This document shows positions 9,518 to 18,836 of a stretch of DNA of 64,000 nt, piece after piece; position 1 is the stretch's first letter, and every line of letters begins with the position of its first letter. The notes under the pieces were generated by a model, which saw nothing but the letters and a program-made list of their open reading frames with translations, made no database searches and was not told where the DNA came from. The position numbers were made by a program, and so were the translations under genes. The stretch is taken from NCBI GenBank assembly GCA_964450375.1, contig CAYVEW010000002.1, forward strand, positions 8,449-72,448, read 5' to 3'. This DNA is from an uncultured Bacteroidales bacterium. GTDB taxonomy: Bacteria > Bacteroidota > Bacteroidia > Bacteroidales > UBA12077.

Positions 9518-12500
9518 TTATTTATTTCTATAAACTTTTACCTGTTTACCAGGAATTCTGGCGTTAATGTTATTATCGTACATTGCTTCGCAATAAATGG
9601 CCGGTAAATAAAAATCACCACGATATGCCGCATTTAACAAAACCACAAATGTTTTTGACTCGTTGGCTTTCAAGTCGAAATAAGTTAACACACGATCATC
9701 GCGAATATCCTGATACGTAGGAATATCTTTTTCGTGAACTGACCGGCCGCCAAACATTCTGGTGTTATGTATTTCCCATCCAGATGGAAACATTTGTGTC
9801 AATGCCATTTCTTTGTAATCACCCATTGTTCCGGGATTTCTAATGGTTATTTCAGCTTTAAAATCAGTGCCTTGTTCAATGTTTTCCGGACTTAAAACAT
9901 CTCCTTCAAGTGTTTTGTATATAATGCTCATATTTAAATTGTTATCGGCTGAACTTCTATCTTCGATCAAAGGAACTCCTTCAACAGCCAGACTGATATA
10001 CATAACAGATTCAGAGTTATTTGTTACAGTAACATTACTTTGTTTTGTATTTATAAATGTTTTTTGGTGTTGTATCAGGTTCTTATCCGATGCTATTTCT
10101 TCAGGTTTTTCAGAATTAAATGCATAGGAATATTTCAACATTCGATCGCCGTAAGTATCGCCCATCAACAGTTTAGAAAATGAAACCAGGCAGTATGCAG
10201 TGGTTTGCGTGCTCATCCAGGTCTCTGAAGATAACTGTTTGGAAAGTTTATCAATTAAAGGAACCATTCTTTCATTATCTTTCATTAATACGAGTGCTTC
10301 CAGAATCATTGCTTCATCCCGAGTTGACGAACCATAGGTATATGAAAGCTCCTTATAATCTGCTACATTAGTTTCCAAGGTATTCGTCATCTGCTCGGCA
10401 ATTTCCGGTTTCCCTGCCAAAGCATATGCCGCTGCAAGTCTCCATTTTGCCTGCAAACTCAAATTTGGCATTTCCTTTAAACGATTCATAGCTCCAATTT
10501 CTGGTTCCCCTGCCAAAGCTAATGTATACAATCGGTAAGCCTGAATCAATAACGAATATTTATAACCATTATATTTCCAGTTATTAGCTTCGTTTTGTTG
10601 ATATGACAACCAATGATTTTTAAACCCGATCGGTAAATCATAACCCAATTTTTCAGCTTCTAACACAAAATGCCCTGCATAAGATGTTCCCCAGGCATTT
10701 GCTTCTGTTGCTCCCGGCCAGTAACCTAATCCACCATCCGAAAGCTGGAAGGTTTTTAACCTGTTAATTCCAGCTGTTACATTGTTATGTATTTTATCTT
10801 TCATTTCATCACTAATATCCATTACTTTTCCTAAAAACAATTGTGGAAATACTGATGATGTGGTTTGCTCAATGCATCCGTGCGGGTATCTTATCAAGAA
10901 TTTTAACCTGCGGCCAAAGTCAATGGGCGGGATATTCGCAACATCGAGCACTGCTTCGTTTGTTCCTTCTATTCCAAATACCTTAAAATCCTGATTCCAG
11001 CTTTCACCTGGCTGAATTACACCTGCATATACATCGCTTACTTTCGGATTTGGAACACGAACGTCTAATTCCATTTCGTATTCGGCTTTTTCAGTTCCCG
11101 ATTCTGCTAAGATTTTAATTTTTGCAATGCCCAGCTTCTCTTTTACTTTTAATTCAAAAGTAACATCCTGATCGCCAATTTGATTGAATGTAATCGTTTG
11201 CTTATTGGATTCTACCAGTTCAACTAAATCATTCGATTCTACCTTAATAATTACATTTTTTATCTTTTCGTCCATCGCAAAAACCGTTACAGGCATTTTT
11301 ACTGTTTCGGTTGGGCTCAAAACTCTTGGTAAAGTTGATAATAGCATTAACGGACTTTTAACCGGAGTAGATTTATCGACCGATCCATAAGCACCTTCTC
11401 TTCCGGCAACAAGCATGGTTCGAACTGCTCCTATGTATTTAGGCATTTTTACTTCATGTTTTGCCGATTTACCTTTTTTAAGATCAAATGGCCCCAGGTA
11501 TTTTACAACGGGTTTAAAACGATCTGCTTTTTTCTTTCCTTTATCCGATAATTCTTCATCGCCACCAATGGCAAATATTTGTTCTACTTTACCGCCGTAT
11601 GCACCAAGTATCATATCGTAAACATCCCATGTTTTAATGCCCAGCGCTTCGCGTTTATAAAAATCAGACCAGGGGTCGGGTGTTGGAAACCTGGTTAGAT
11701 CCAATAAACCTTCGTCGACTATGGCTATGGTATAAGTCATTTCTTTACCATTTTTCTCAGAAATTTCGATGGTAAATTCCTGCTCAGACGACAGCTCATC
11801 GGGCATATTTAAAACAGGGTTTAGAATAGTTTGCGGATCTTCCACTTTTAACGGAATAACACCATATAACCTGATTGGTAAATCGTTAGCTGTATTTGCA
11901 TGTGCTTGCAATAAAGTTATATTTACATATACTGTAGGAGACATTTGTTCTGTGGCAGTAAACTCAAAAACGGTTTCGCCTTCTTGTGTTTCAACCCAAT
12001 GAGAACCAATCACTTTAGATCCATTTTCGAGACTAACAAGTGCTCTGCCATCTTTAGCTCCAGGGAATGTAACCTTAACTTTTTCACCAACCTGGTATTC
12101 TTTTTTATCAGCAGCAAACATCAACATGCTTGCACCACCCGGGTTTTCATCCTGCGACCTTCCTGCCCATCCCGGCCAATCTACGTAAATAATTTTTCCT
12201 GAACTGTGCCCGTTTTGATCTGTGATTCTGATAAAATATCTTCCCCAATCGGGATATTTAATTTGAAAATCAAAACTTCCAATACCTTCTTCGTTGGTAG
12301 AAATCTTTTTAGTCATAAGTGGCGTATTGTGTGATCTTCCAACATACGAAGCCAAATTATCGTCGCCGGCTTGCCACCACCATCTCCAGTTTACTTTGTA
12401 AAGTTTTACTTCAATGTTTTTGCGCTCAACCGGTTTTCCTTCTGCATCAACACTTACAACATTTACTGTATGATCTACATCGGTTAGCAGCATTCCCCTT

Positions 12501-15085
12501 GCCTTATCTCCTTTTGGAGTTTTTAGTCCGACAAAATAAGGGTAAGGTGCATATGGTATGGTCATCTGATCGATACTATAATCGCCGCCTTCTTCAAATG
12601 CCCTGGTTATGAATGTTGCTTTTAACATACCAGGTGCATTGGAACGAGTGCTTATCTTTGTTTGGAAATTAGCAATTCCGTTTTCATTTACTTTCCCTTC
12701 AAAAATATTAATCTCTTCGGTTTCAAACTCTCGTGCAGGATCGTCAAAGTTAAAATCTGCAAATCGCTGGAAATGAGTTTTAACAGATGTTAGTTTAACA
12801 TCAATTGCAGCATCCAGATTTTTTGCAACTGCCCCATGTAACCATTTAACCGTTAGTTTACCAATTATTTCTTTGTCGAGTGCAGTTAATTTATCTTTTC
12901 CAAAATCAATATCAATTTTTAAACGGTTTGGTTTAACGGTCTCAATTCTAAGATTTTTCTCGAAAGTTGCACCTCCTACTTTAACTTTTGCAAGCCAGTT
13001 TCCTGTGGGAGCATCGGCATCGGTTACAATTGTAAATGGATAAAACTGATGTGTACTTTGTGTGCGGACTTTTCGTTGTACCAGTTGTCCGTGAACATTA
13101 AATAGCTCAAATGTTACAGGATGATTTTCGGGTAATAATTTGTCTTTATCTTCCAGTATAAAAGTAAGAAAAAGCGTATCTCCGGGACGCCATACTCCGC
13201 GTTCACCATATAAATATCCTTTTATTCCTTTATCAATTTTTGATCCGGCAACATCGAACGTACTTAACGAAAGTGATGAACCATCATCTAACTTAAGATA
13301 TCCTCTTTGAGAACCGTTTTTAGCAATTAATAAAAATGGTTTTTGATCAAAAGCAATCTTAGCAAAACCATTATTATCGGTAGTTGTTGTGGCAATTAAT
13401 TGCTGTTGGTAATTGTATATTTCAACTTCAATACCACTCATGGGTTTGGTGGTTCTTACATCTGTAACAGCAACAGTAAGCTTACTGTCATTCCCCGACT
13501 TGGCAATAATGCCCAAATCGGAAGCTAAGAGGTTGCGGCTAACTTTTTTATTTCGGTAATAAGCTTTTTTACATGGATTATCTCGATCGCGCCAGTTATA
13601 ATCGTAGCCGTAGGAATAATCATCGTAATAATCTTCTATACCATCCCATCCCGAATTCTCGAATTCATTATCAGCATCCCAATCTTCAATTGCTTCACTT
13701 TCGTCAGAATCACTATCTTCGCAAGGATACAGTGAATAAGATTTTTTAAAGGAAAGTTCAATTCTGTAAATTGCACCTGGGTCGTTTTGTATAAATTCTG
13801 CCAAATCTAACGAGAAGGTATTCCACTGCCCGTAATCGATAAGATTTGGTGAAATTAAGTTGATTTTTCGTTTGGCAACGGGGCGCCCAACTCTTTTTAG
13901 CTGGTAGCTACCTTCTAACTTGTTTACTTGCAAAAACTGGGCTATGTTATCTTCAAAAATCTTAACGATGGTAACATCTACAGCAGATAAATTAACGGCC
14001 TGGAAAGGAAAAATCAGGCCATTAGAGTTAGGAACAATAACCCCATCGCCTATTAACTTAACTTGTGGCTTGGTAGCTTCGAAAGTTAATTCCTGGCTTA
14101 CTTTATTATTTAATTTCGAATCGGAAATACTTAATATACTGCGCTCAACAGTCACTTTTTTTGAACCTGTTTGTCTTGATAAAGGATAAACCTTTAATCG
14201 GTTTCCATCAACAGTAAATTTCACTCTGCTTGTACCTTTAATGCTTACAAGCCCCCTAAAATCCTGATTTACTTTTAGTGGGTCGGAAAAATGAATAATA
14301 ACATGTTGTTCTGGTTGCTGAACAACCATCATTTTCATCAGTTTAAAGTTGCTGATAGCAGGTATTTCAAACTCTTCTTCCCCATCAGCATCAATATGAT
14401 GTGATTTTCCATTAAAAGATAATTTAAGTATTTTATCTTCTTTTGCTCTTACAACACTATCAATTGTAAAGATGTGTTTTTTTGCTTCCTGATCGTGAAT
14501 CCATTTAATTTTAAGTTTCTTACTGTCAATCGTTGCATTAAAAATATCTTTTACTGTCTGGTTATCTATAATATCAGCAGAAGTAAATTCGCCTTGTAAT
14601 TTGTTATATGTAAGATCTTTGTCAGAATAAGGATCGAAAGTGATATTCGAAATTCGGAAGTTTTGTTTGATGACCTGAAACTGCAAAGGAAACTCTTTAA
14701 ACTCATCGGAAACATCAGCTAATTTATGCAGTTGGAACTTGCATTCGTAAATCTGGCCTGATTTTAGCTTTTTATCGGGCCTGAATTCCAAGGTTCTGTT
14801 ATCGATCCAAAAAGATTTCCCGCTTATTTTAGGGTTAAAAGTAAATAGTTCATTATTTACGTGGGTTCCCGGTTCAATATCCTGTTCTAACTGGCCGGAT
14901 AATCTAATCCGGATGGTTGAATTTGCAGAGATTACACCGGAAGTATATGCAGAAATATATTCGCTAAATCCGGGATTAATTTTAACAGGTGGTGGTGCAT
15001 CTTTTTTGCCCGTTTTACAGGCCGCAAAGAATAATAAAAAGGCTAAGAAAAGCATCTTGCCCATTGCAATAACAGAATTCTTCAT
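9518..15085 (-). CDS. bacterial alpha-2-macroglobulin family lipoprotein with an intact thioester motif
   Basis: 1855 aa. Lipobox LLFFAAC. Thioester RYPHGCIEQTTSS (CIEQ encoded at 10865-10876, minus strand). Many MG-like beta domains, and alpha/alpha-toroid TED-like repeats follow the thioester. This is the YfhM/ECAM-like architecture. Confidence 0.9.
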   Translation of the reverse strand: MKNSVIAMGKMLFLAFLLFFAACKTGKKDAPPPVKINPGFSEYISAYTSGVISANSTIRIRLSGQLEQDIEPGTHVNNELFTFNPKISGKSFWIDNRTLEFRPDKKLKSGQIYECKFQLHKLADVSDEFKEFPLQFQVIKQNFRISNITFDPYSDKDLTYNKLQGEFTSADIIDNQTVKDIFNATIDSKKLKIKWIHDQEAKKHIFTIDSVVRAKEDKILKLSFNGKSHHIDADGEEEFEIPAISNFKLMKMMVVQQPEQHVIIHFSDPLKVNQDFRGLVSIKGTSRVKFTVDGNRLKVYPLSRQTGSKKVTVERSILSISDSKLNNKVSQELTFEATKPQVKLIGDGVIVPNSNGLIFPFQAVNLSAVDVTIVKIFEDNIAQFLQVNKLEGSYQLKRVGRPVAKRKINLISPNLIDYGQWNTFSLDLAEFIQNDPGAIYRIELSFKKSYSLYPCEDSDSDESEAIEDWDADNEFENSGWDGIEDYYDDYSYGYDYNWRDRDNPCKKAYYRNKKVSRNLLASDLGIIAKSGNDSKLTVAVTDVRTTKPMSGIEVEIYNYQQQLIATTTTDNNGFAKIAFDQKPFLLIAKNGSQRGYLKLDDGSSLSLSTFDVAGSKIDKGIKGYLYGERGVWRPGDTLFLTFILEDKDKLLPENHPVTFELFNVHGQLVQRKVRTQSTHQFYPFTIVTDADAPTGNWLAKVKVGGATFEKNLRIETVKPNRLKIDIDFGKDKLTALDKEIIGKLTVKWLHGAVAKNLDAAIDVKLTSVKTHFQRFADFNFDDPAREFETEEINIFEGKVNENGIANFQTKISTRSNAPGMLKATFITRAFEEGGDYSIDQMTIPYAPYPYFVGLKTPKGDKARGMLLTDVDHTVNVVSVDAEGKPVERKNIEVKLYKVNWRWWWQAGDDNLASYVGRSHNTPLMTKKISTNEEGIGSFDFQIKYPDWGRYFIRITDQNGHSSGKIIYVDWPGWAGRSQDENPGGASMLMFAADKKEYQVGEKVKVTFPGAKDGRALVSLENGSKVIGSHWVETQEGETVFEFTATEQMSPTVYVNITLLQAHANTANDLPIRLYGVIPLKVEDPQTILNPVLNMPDELSSEQEFTIEISEKNGKEMTYTIAIVDEGLLDLTRFPTPDPWSDFYKREALGIKTWDVYDMILGAYGGKVEQIFAIGGDEELSDKGKKKADRFKPVVKYLGPFDLKKGKSAKHEVKMPKYIGAVRTMLVAGREGAYGSVDKSTPVKSPLMLLSTLPRVLSPTETVKMPVTVFAMDEKIKNVIIKVESNDLVELVESNKQTITFNQIGDQDVTFELKVKEKLGIAKIKILAESGTEKAEYEMELDVRVPNPKVSDVYAGVIQPGESWNQDFKVFGIEGTNEAVLDVANIPPIDFGRRLKFLIRYPHGCIEQTTSSVFPQLFLGKVMDISDEMKDKIHNNVTAGINRLKTFQLSDGGLGYWPGATEANAWGTSYAGHFVLEAEKLGYDLPIGFKNHWLSYQQNEANNWKYNGYKYSLLIQAYRLYTLALAGEPEIGAMNRLKEMPNLSLQAKWRLAAAYALAGKPEIAEQMTNTLETNVADYKELSYTYGSSTRDEAMILEALVLMKDNERMVPLIDKLSKQLSSETWMSTQTTAYCLVSFSKLLMGDTYGDRMLKYSYAFNSEKPEEIASDKNLIQHQKTFINTKQSNVTVTNNSESVMYISLAVEGVPLIEDRSSADNNLNMSIIYKTLEGDVLSPENIEQGTDFKAEITIRNPGTMGDYKEMALTQMFPSGWEIHNTRMFGGRSVHEKDIPTYQDIRDDRVLTYFDLKANESKTFVVLLNAAYRGDFYLPAIYCEAMYDNNINARIPGKQVKVYRNK

Positions 15086-15389
15086 AAAATATTTTTTTTT
15101 GATTAATTAGAGTTAATAACAACATTCATTACCATCAAATTTAGGAATTTTTAAGGTTTAAACTTTTAAAAACTTCTTTTTTTAACAGTAAGTTTTTAAC
15201 AAACGTTTAATAAGTTCTAATCTTAATCTTAACCTTAATCATAGTAATAATATATGTGGTTACGTAATCATATCAAACCATATAGAACCATTTTCGTTTT
15301 TTTGGAATATTTACTTGACATAAGTGAATTTCTGCCCTAATTTTATACTCATTCTTCATCAAGATTATTCATTTCTAAATAGTTCGCTT

Positions 15390-15563
15390 ATGTCACACGA
15401 AAAAACGATTCACGACGGAAAAAAAAGCAATCCATTTAAGAAATTAAAGGAAAAAAGAGCTGAAATGAAGGCAAAACGTGCAGAAAAAAAAGCAAGATTT
15501 GCCGAAGAAACAAAACATCACCGAAAACCACGCCGTCAGAGGTTCAAAAGTACAACATCTTAA
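15390..15563 (+). CDS. small highly basic hypothetical protein (57 aa)
   Basis: MSHEKTIHDGKKSNPFKKLKEKRAEMKAKRAEKKARFAEETKHHRKPRRQRFKSTTS, followed by a clean hairpin terminator. The track ORF starts at GTG 15324; the internal ATG at 15390 is more plausible. No family recognised. Confidence 0.4.
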   Translation: MSHEKTIHDGKKSNPFKKLKEKRAEMKAKRAEKKARFAEETKHHRKPRRQRFKSTTS

Positions 15564-15567
15564 AACT

Positions 15568-15590
15568 AAATCCCGAACTTATCGGGATTT
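15568..15590 (+). terminator. hairpin terminator after the small basic ORF
   Basis: aaatcccga-actta-tcgggattt, a perfect 9-bp stem, followed by tt. Confidence 0.55.
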
Positions 15591-15629
15591 TTACTGAAAT
15601 AACCTACATAAATTAGTGAATAGATAAGT

Positions 15630-16181
15630 TTAGCTGCTGTTTCTAACCAAATTCCTGCAAAGCATATCAGCTTCGCGGTTATAATTAGCTGTGTTTCCCG
15701 ATTTTTGATGTGCTTTTACTTTTATCAAATTTACTTTTAACTCTTTTAATAAAGATGTAAAGTACTTTACTAATTCGGCGTTCGGTAACTCTCTCCCCTT
15801 TTTTGTTATGTAATTAGTTAATTCCAAATTATTTACTCTTTGGGGAATTTTTTCGACATACTGGCTGTCAGTGTATATTTGGATGGTTTCATCGGTAAGT
15901 TTATTATGTACCACATATTCCAATGATTTGATTACCGCAGTAAGCTCCATACGGTTATTTGTTGTATTTGTAGCTTTTCCTGAGATTGTTTCTTGTCTAT
16001 CACCCAACAAAATTATTGCAGCCCATGCCCCATTTTTTGTTTTGGTATTGCAGCTTCCGTCGGTATATATTTCTATTTTATTTTTAATCAAATCAATCAC
16101 AAGGTTTAAATTGCTTAACGCAATATACTTATATTTTTGTTTAGAAATCACGCAATATAGGCTATAGAAGTAAGCTTTCAT
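15630..16181 (-). CDS. rnhA: ribonuclease HI
   Basis: DEDD residues sit in the classic contexts: IYTDGSC, NNRMELTAV, IYTDSQYV, NREADMLC. The first ~27 codons look like an over-extension. An in-frame GTG/TTG (..NLVIDLIKNKIEIYTDGSC) would give a normal ~155-aa protein. Confidence 0.85.
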   Translation of the reverse strand: MKAYFYSLYCVISKQKYKYIALSNLNLVIDLIKNKIEIYTDGSCNTKTKNGAWAAIILLGDRQETISGKATNTTNNRMELTAVIKSLEYVVHNKLTDETIQIYTDSQYVEKIPQRVNNLELTNYITKKGRELPNAELVKYFTSLLKELKVNLIKVKAHQKSGNTANYNREADMLCRNLVRNSS

Positions 16182-16242
16182 AATATTTTATGGAGTCTTT
16201 GTATTGTTTTCAAAAAAACATTATGTAGGTTTGATCACTTAA

Positions 16243-17508
16243 ATGATTTCTATGAAGCAATTTGATACAATTATAGTTGGTGGCGGTGCAGCAGGATTAA
16301 TGGCAGCTGGGCAATCCGCAATGTTAGGAAAACGCGTTCTTTTACTGGAAAAAATGAATAAACCCGGAAGAAAACTTGGCATTACGGGAAAAGGACGGTG
16401 TAACATTACGAATACGGCACCTGAAATTGAATTCATCAATAAAATAAAACCCAATGGCAGATTCTTACGCTCTTCATTTTCAAATTTCTTTTCTGATGAC
16501 TTAATACGTTTCTTTAATGATATTGGAGTAAAAACGGTAACCGAACGTGGCGGAAGAGTATTTCCTGAAAATGGAAAAGCAACTGAAGTGGTGCGCTCAT
16601 TGATTAACTGGTGTCAGAAGCAAGGTGTTCAAACAATAACTAATTTCCAGGTTAATCAATTGATAACGGAAGAAGGAAAAGTGATTGGAGTTAACGGAAC
16701 TCAAGATGATCATGGAAAAAAACAAATAACTTCATTTTTTGCCACTCGGGTAATTGTAACTACGGGTGGGCTTTCATATCCGGCAACCGGTTCCACAGGC
16801 GATGGTTATGAATTGGCCAGATCGGTCGGGCATAGTATAAATCATTTGTATCCATCTTTAGTGCCTGTGGAAACAGAAGGAACCAAAGCCCGAAAATTAA
16901 GTGGTTTAGACTTAAGAAATATACATGGTACCGTTTGGATTAACGGCAAAAAGGCAGGAGAAGATTTTGGCGAAATGAGTTTTACTGATTTTGGTATTAC
17001 AGGCCCTATTGTAATTTCCTTAAGCAGAATAATGGTTCCGGCAATTAAAGCAAAAAAAGATGTTGTTTTTAGTGTTGATTTAAAACCTGCATTAGACGAT
17101 AAAAAACTAGATAACAGGCTTATACGCGATTTTGACACAAAGGGAAACGAAAGTTTTCGAACAATTTTAAACGGATTGTTACCTAAAGCTTTAATTCCAT
17201 CATGTATTCAATATACCAAAATAAACGCCAATAAATCAGGACATCAGATTACAGCTGATGAACGGAAAGAATTAAGAAAATGGCTAAAAAATTTCGAGTT
17301 TAAAGTTACCGGCTACCGCCCTTACGAAGAAGCCATTATAACGGTGGGTGGAATTAGTACCAACGAAATAAATCAAAAAACAATGGAATCAAAGCTGATG
17401 AAAGGTTTATATTTTGCGGGTGAAGTGCTGGATTTGGATGCACCAACCGGCGGATATAACCTGCAAATAGCTTTTTCAACTGCCTGGACAGCAGCACATG
17501 CCGAATAG
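16243..17508 (+). CDS. NAD(P)/FAD-dependent oxidoreductase, HI0933/YhiN (BaiN-like) family
   Basis: 421 aa. Dinucleotide-binding motif FDTIIVGGGAAGLMAA, GKRVLLLEK..KPGRKLGITGKGRCNITN, and C-terminal GLYFAGEVLDLDAPTGGYNLQIAFSTAW, typical of this family. Confidence 0.8.
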   Translation: MISMKQFDTIIVGGGAAGLMAAGQSAMLGKRVLLLEKMNKPGRKLGITGKGRCNITNTAPEIEFINKIKPNGRFLRSSFSNFFSDDLIRFFNDIGVKTVTERGGRVFPENGKATEVVRSLINWCQKQGVQTITNFQVNQLITEEGKVIGVNGTQDDHGKKQITSFFATRVIVTTGGLSYPATGSTGDGYELARSVGHSINHLYPSLVPVETEGTKARKLSGLDLRNIHGTVWINGKKAGEDFGEMSFTDFGITGPIVISLSRIMVPAIKAKKDVVFSVDLKPALDDKKLDNRLIRDFDTKGNESFRTILNGLLPKALIPSCIQYTKINANKSGHQITADERKELRKWLKNFEFKVTGYRPYEEAIITVGGISTNEINQKTMESKLMKGLYFAGEVLDLDAPTGGYNLQIAFSTAWTAAHAE

Positions 17509-17512
17509 AGAA

Positions 17513-18679
17513 TTAAACTACTTTCATATTTGCAATTTCTAAAAAGCATTTTATAAGCATTCTGTGATCGCCTGGTAAAACCAAATGATGGTTCCCTAAA
17601 GGGTTTTCTTTTAGTTTATTAATATCTTCTACAGGGAGTTCAATCTTAATTTGTGTTCTGCAGGAGTCTTCTCTTTCCGGCCGTTCTGTAATTCGTCCAT
17701 AGGAAAGAAAAGCTTTTGTTAAGTCCTTACTTAAACGAAAAACCGTTGCATTTTCGTATTTAAATTGTCCCTGGATTGCTGTCCCCTGATTGGTTTCGAA
17801 ATGTGTTGTTACCTTGTAATCTGCAACCAGGTTTGAAGCAATGGTGCAATGTGCAAAAAATATTTTATCCTTTTCGATGGAAGCTAAATTGGCCATCCAG
17901 GGTATTTGCCCCGTTAATTCTTTTAAAATAATTTTTCCGGTGATACTGGTTATATCGCCTTCGCAACCGGCAGGCGTTCCGGATTCATTAAACTTAGATA
18001 ATGCCAGACATGCGGTAACCTGATTTTCGCGCACCAAAGGAAAACATTCAACTGTTATTGCATCTAATTGTTTTTTTGTGATCATATCCTGTAAAAGATT
18101 ATAAACCTTAGATGAATCGGTTAAATCAAAAGAGTTTGCCTGAAAATGATTTACAAAATCTTTATTTGGTTCGAAGTCGGTGTATTTTGGAAAATCATTC
18201 CATTGTATCTTTTCAATAGTCAATCCTAACCTGTTTTTTAAAATATCATCATCAATGGTTGAGTTGATAAGCCATTCAGAAATATTTCCGATTAAACCTA
18301 CTTTGTAATCTTTTATATTTGTATATGCATTAATTGCCTGCGTGTAGTTTCTTATTTTTCGGTCCGGATGACTTTCAGTATCCAGATTCATTAGGATGGA
18401 ATTAATCCCCACATGATTGCAATAGGCTTTAATTTCACTTGCTGCTGCATAACTGTTGTTTTCGGTCATAGCAAGGATTATTACATTTTCTTTAGCTGTT
18501 AGAAGCTTTTTGGCCTGCATTTCAGAACCACCAGATACAACAAACAAAGCATCCGGATTTTCATCAACAATCTCGAAATCCAACTTATTTATTTTTTCGT
18601 GAAGAATTTTTTCACCCCGGTCAATAAGCTTCTTTGGAGCTTCAGGATATGCGATAAGAGCTATTTTTATCATATTCAA
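17513..18679 (-). CDS. L-fucose/L-arabinose isomerase-like family protein (putative sugar isomerase)
   Basis: 388 aa. The N-terminal Rossmann-like part and the central GTPAGCEGD / FAHCTIA segments resemble COG2407-type isomerases. The assignment is by pattern memory only. Confidence 0.4.
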   Translation of the reverse strand: MNMIKIALIAYPEAPKKLIDRGEKILHEKINKLDFEIVDENPDALFVVSGGSEMQAKKLLTAKENVIILAMTENNSYAAASEIKAYCNHVGINSILMNLDTESHPDRKIRNYTQAINAYTNIKDYKVGLIGNISEWLINSTIDDDILKNRLGLTIEKIQWNDFPKYTDFEPNKDFVNHFQANSFDLTDSSKVYNLLQDMITKKQLDAITVECFPLVRENQVTACLALSKFNESGTPAGCEGDITSITGKIILKELTGQIPWMANLASIEKDKIFFAHCTIASNLVADYKVTTHFETNQGTAIQGQFKYENATVFRLSKDLTKAFLSYGRITERPEREDSCRTQIKIELPVEDINKLKENPLGNHHLVLPGDHRMLIKCFLEIANMKVV

Positions 18680-18718
18680 ATGAATTAAGAAAAATAAAAA
18701 TAGGATTTATTTTGAGAT

Positions 18719-18749
18719 AAAAAAAGACGGCTCCAATATTTGAAGCCGC
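18719..18749 (-). terminator. intrinsic terminator downstream of the fasciclin gene
   Basis: The minus-strand RNA GCGGCUUC-AAAUAUU-GGAGCCGU forms an 8-bp stem including 2 G-U pairs, followed by CUUUUUUU. Confidence 0.5.
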
Positions 18750-18836
18750 CTTCGGAAAACTTTGTTCTTATGTAAACAATCAAATGAATTTGAATATTAA
18801 TTAATATTACAGAACAAAGCAGAGTTTTATTTATAA

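Noticed and set aside
15216-15240. Short cttaat-type microrepeat (tctaatcttaatcttaaccttaatc) upstream of the A2M gene
   Set aside because: It is only 3-4 imperfect units in AT-rich DNA, which is compatible with chance.
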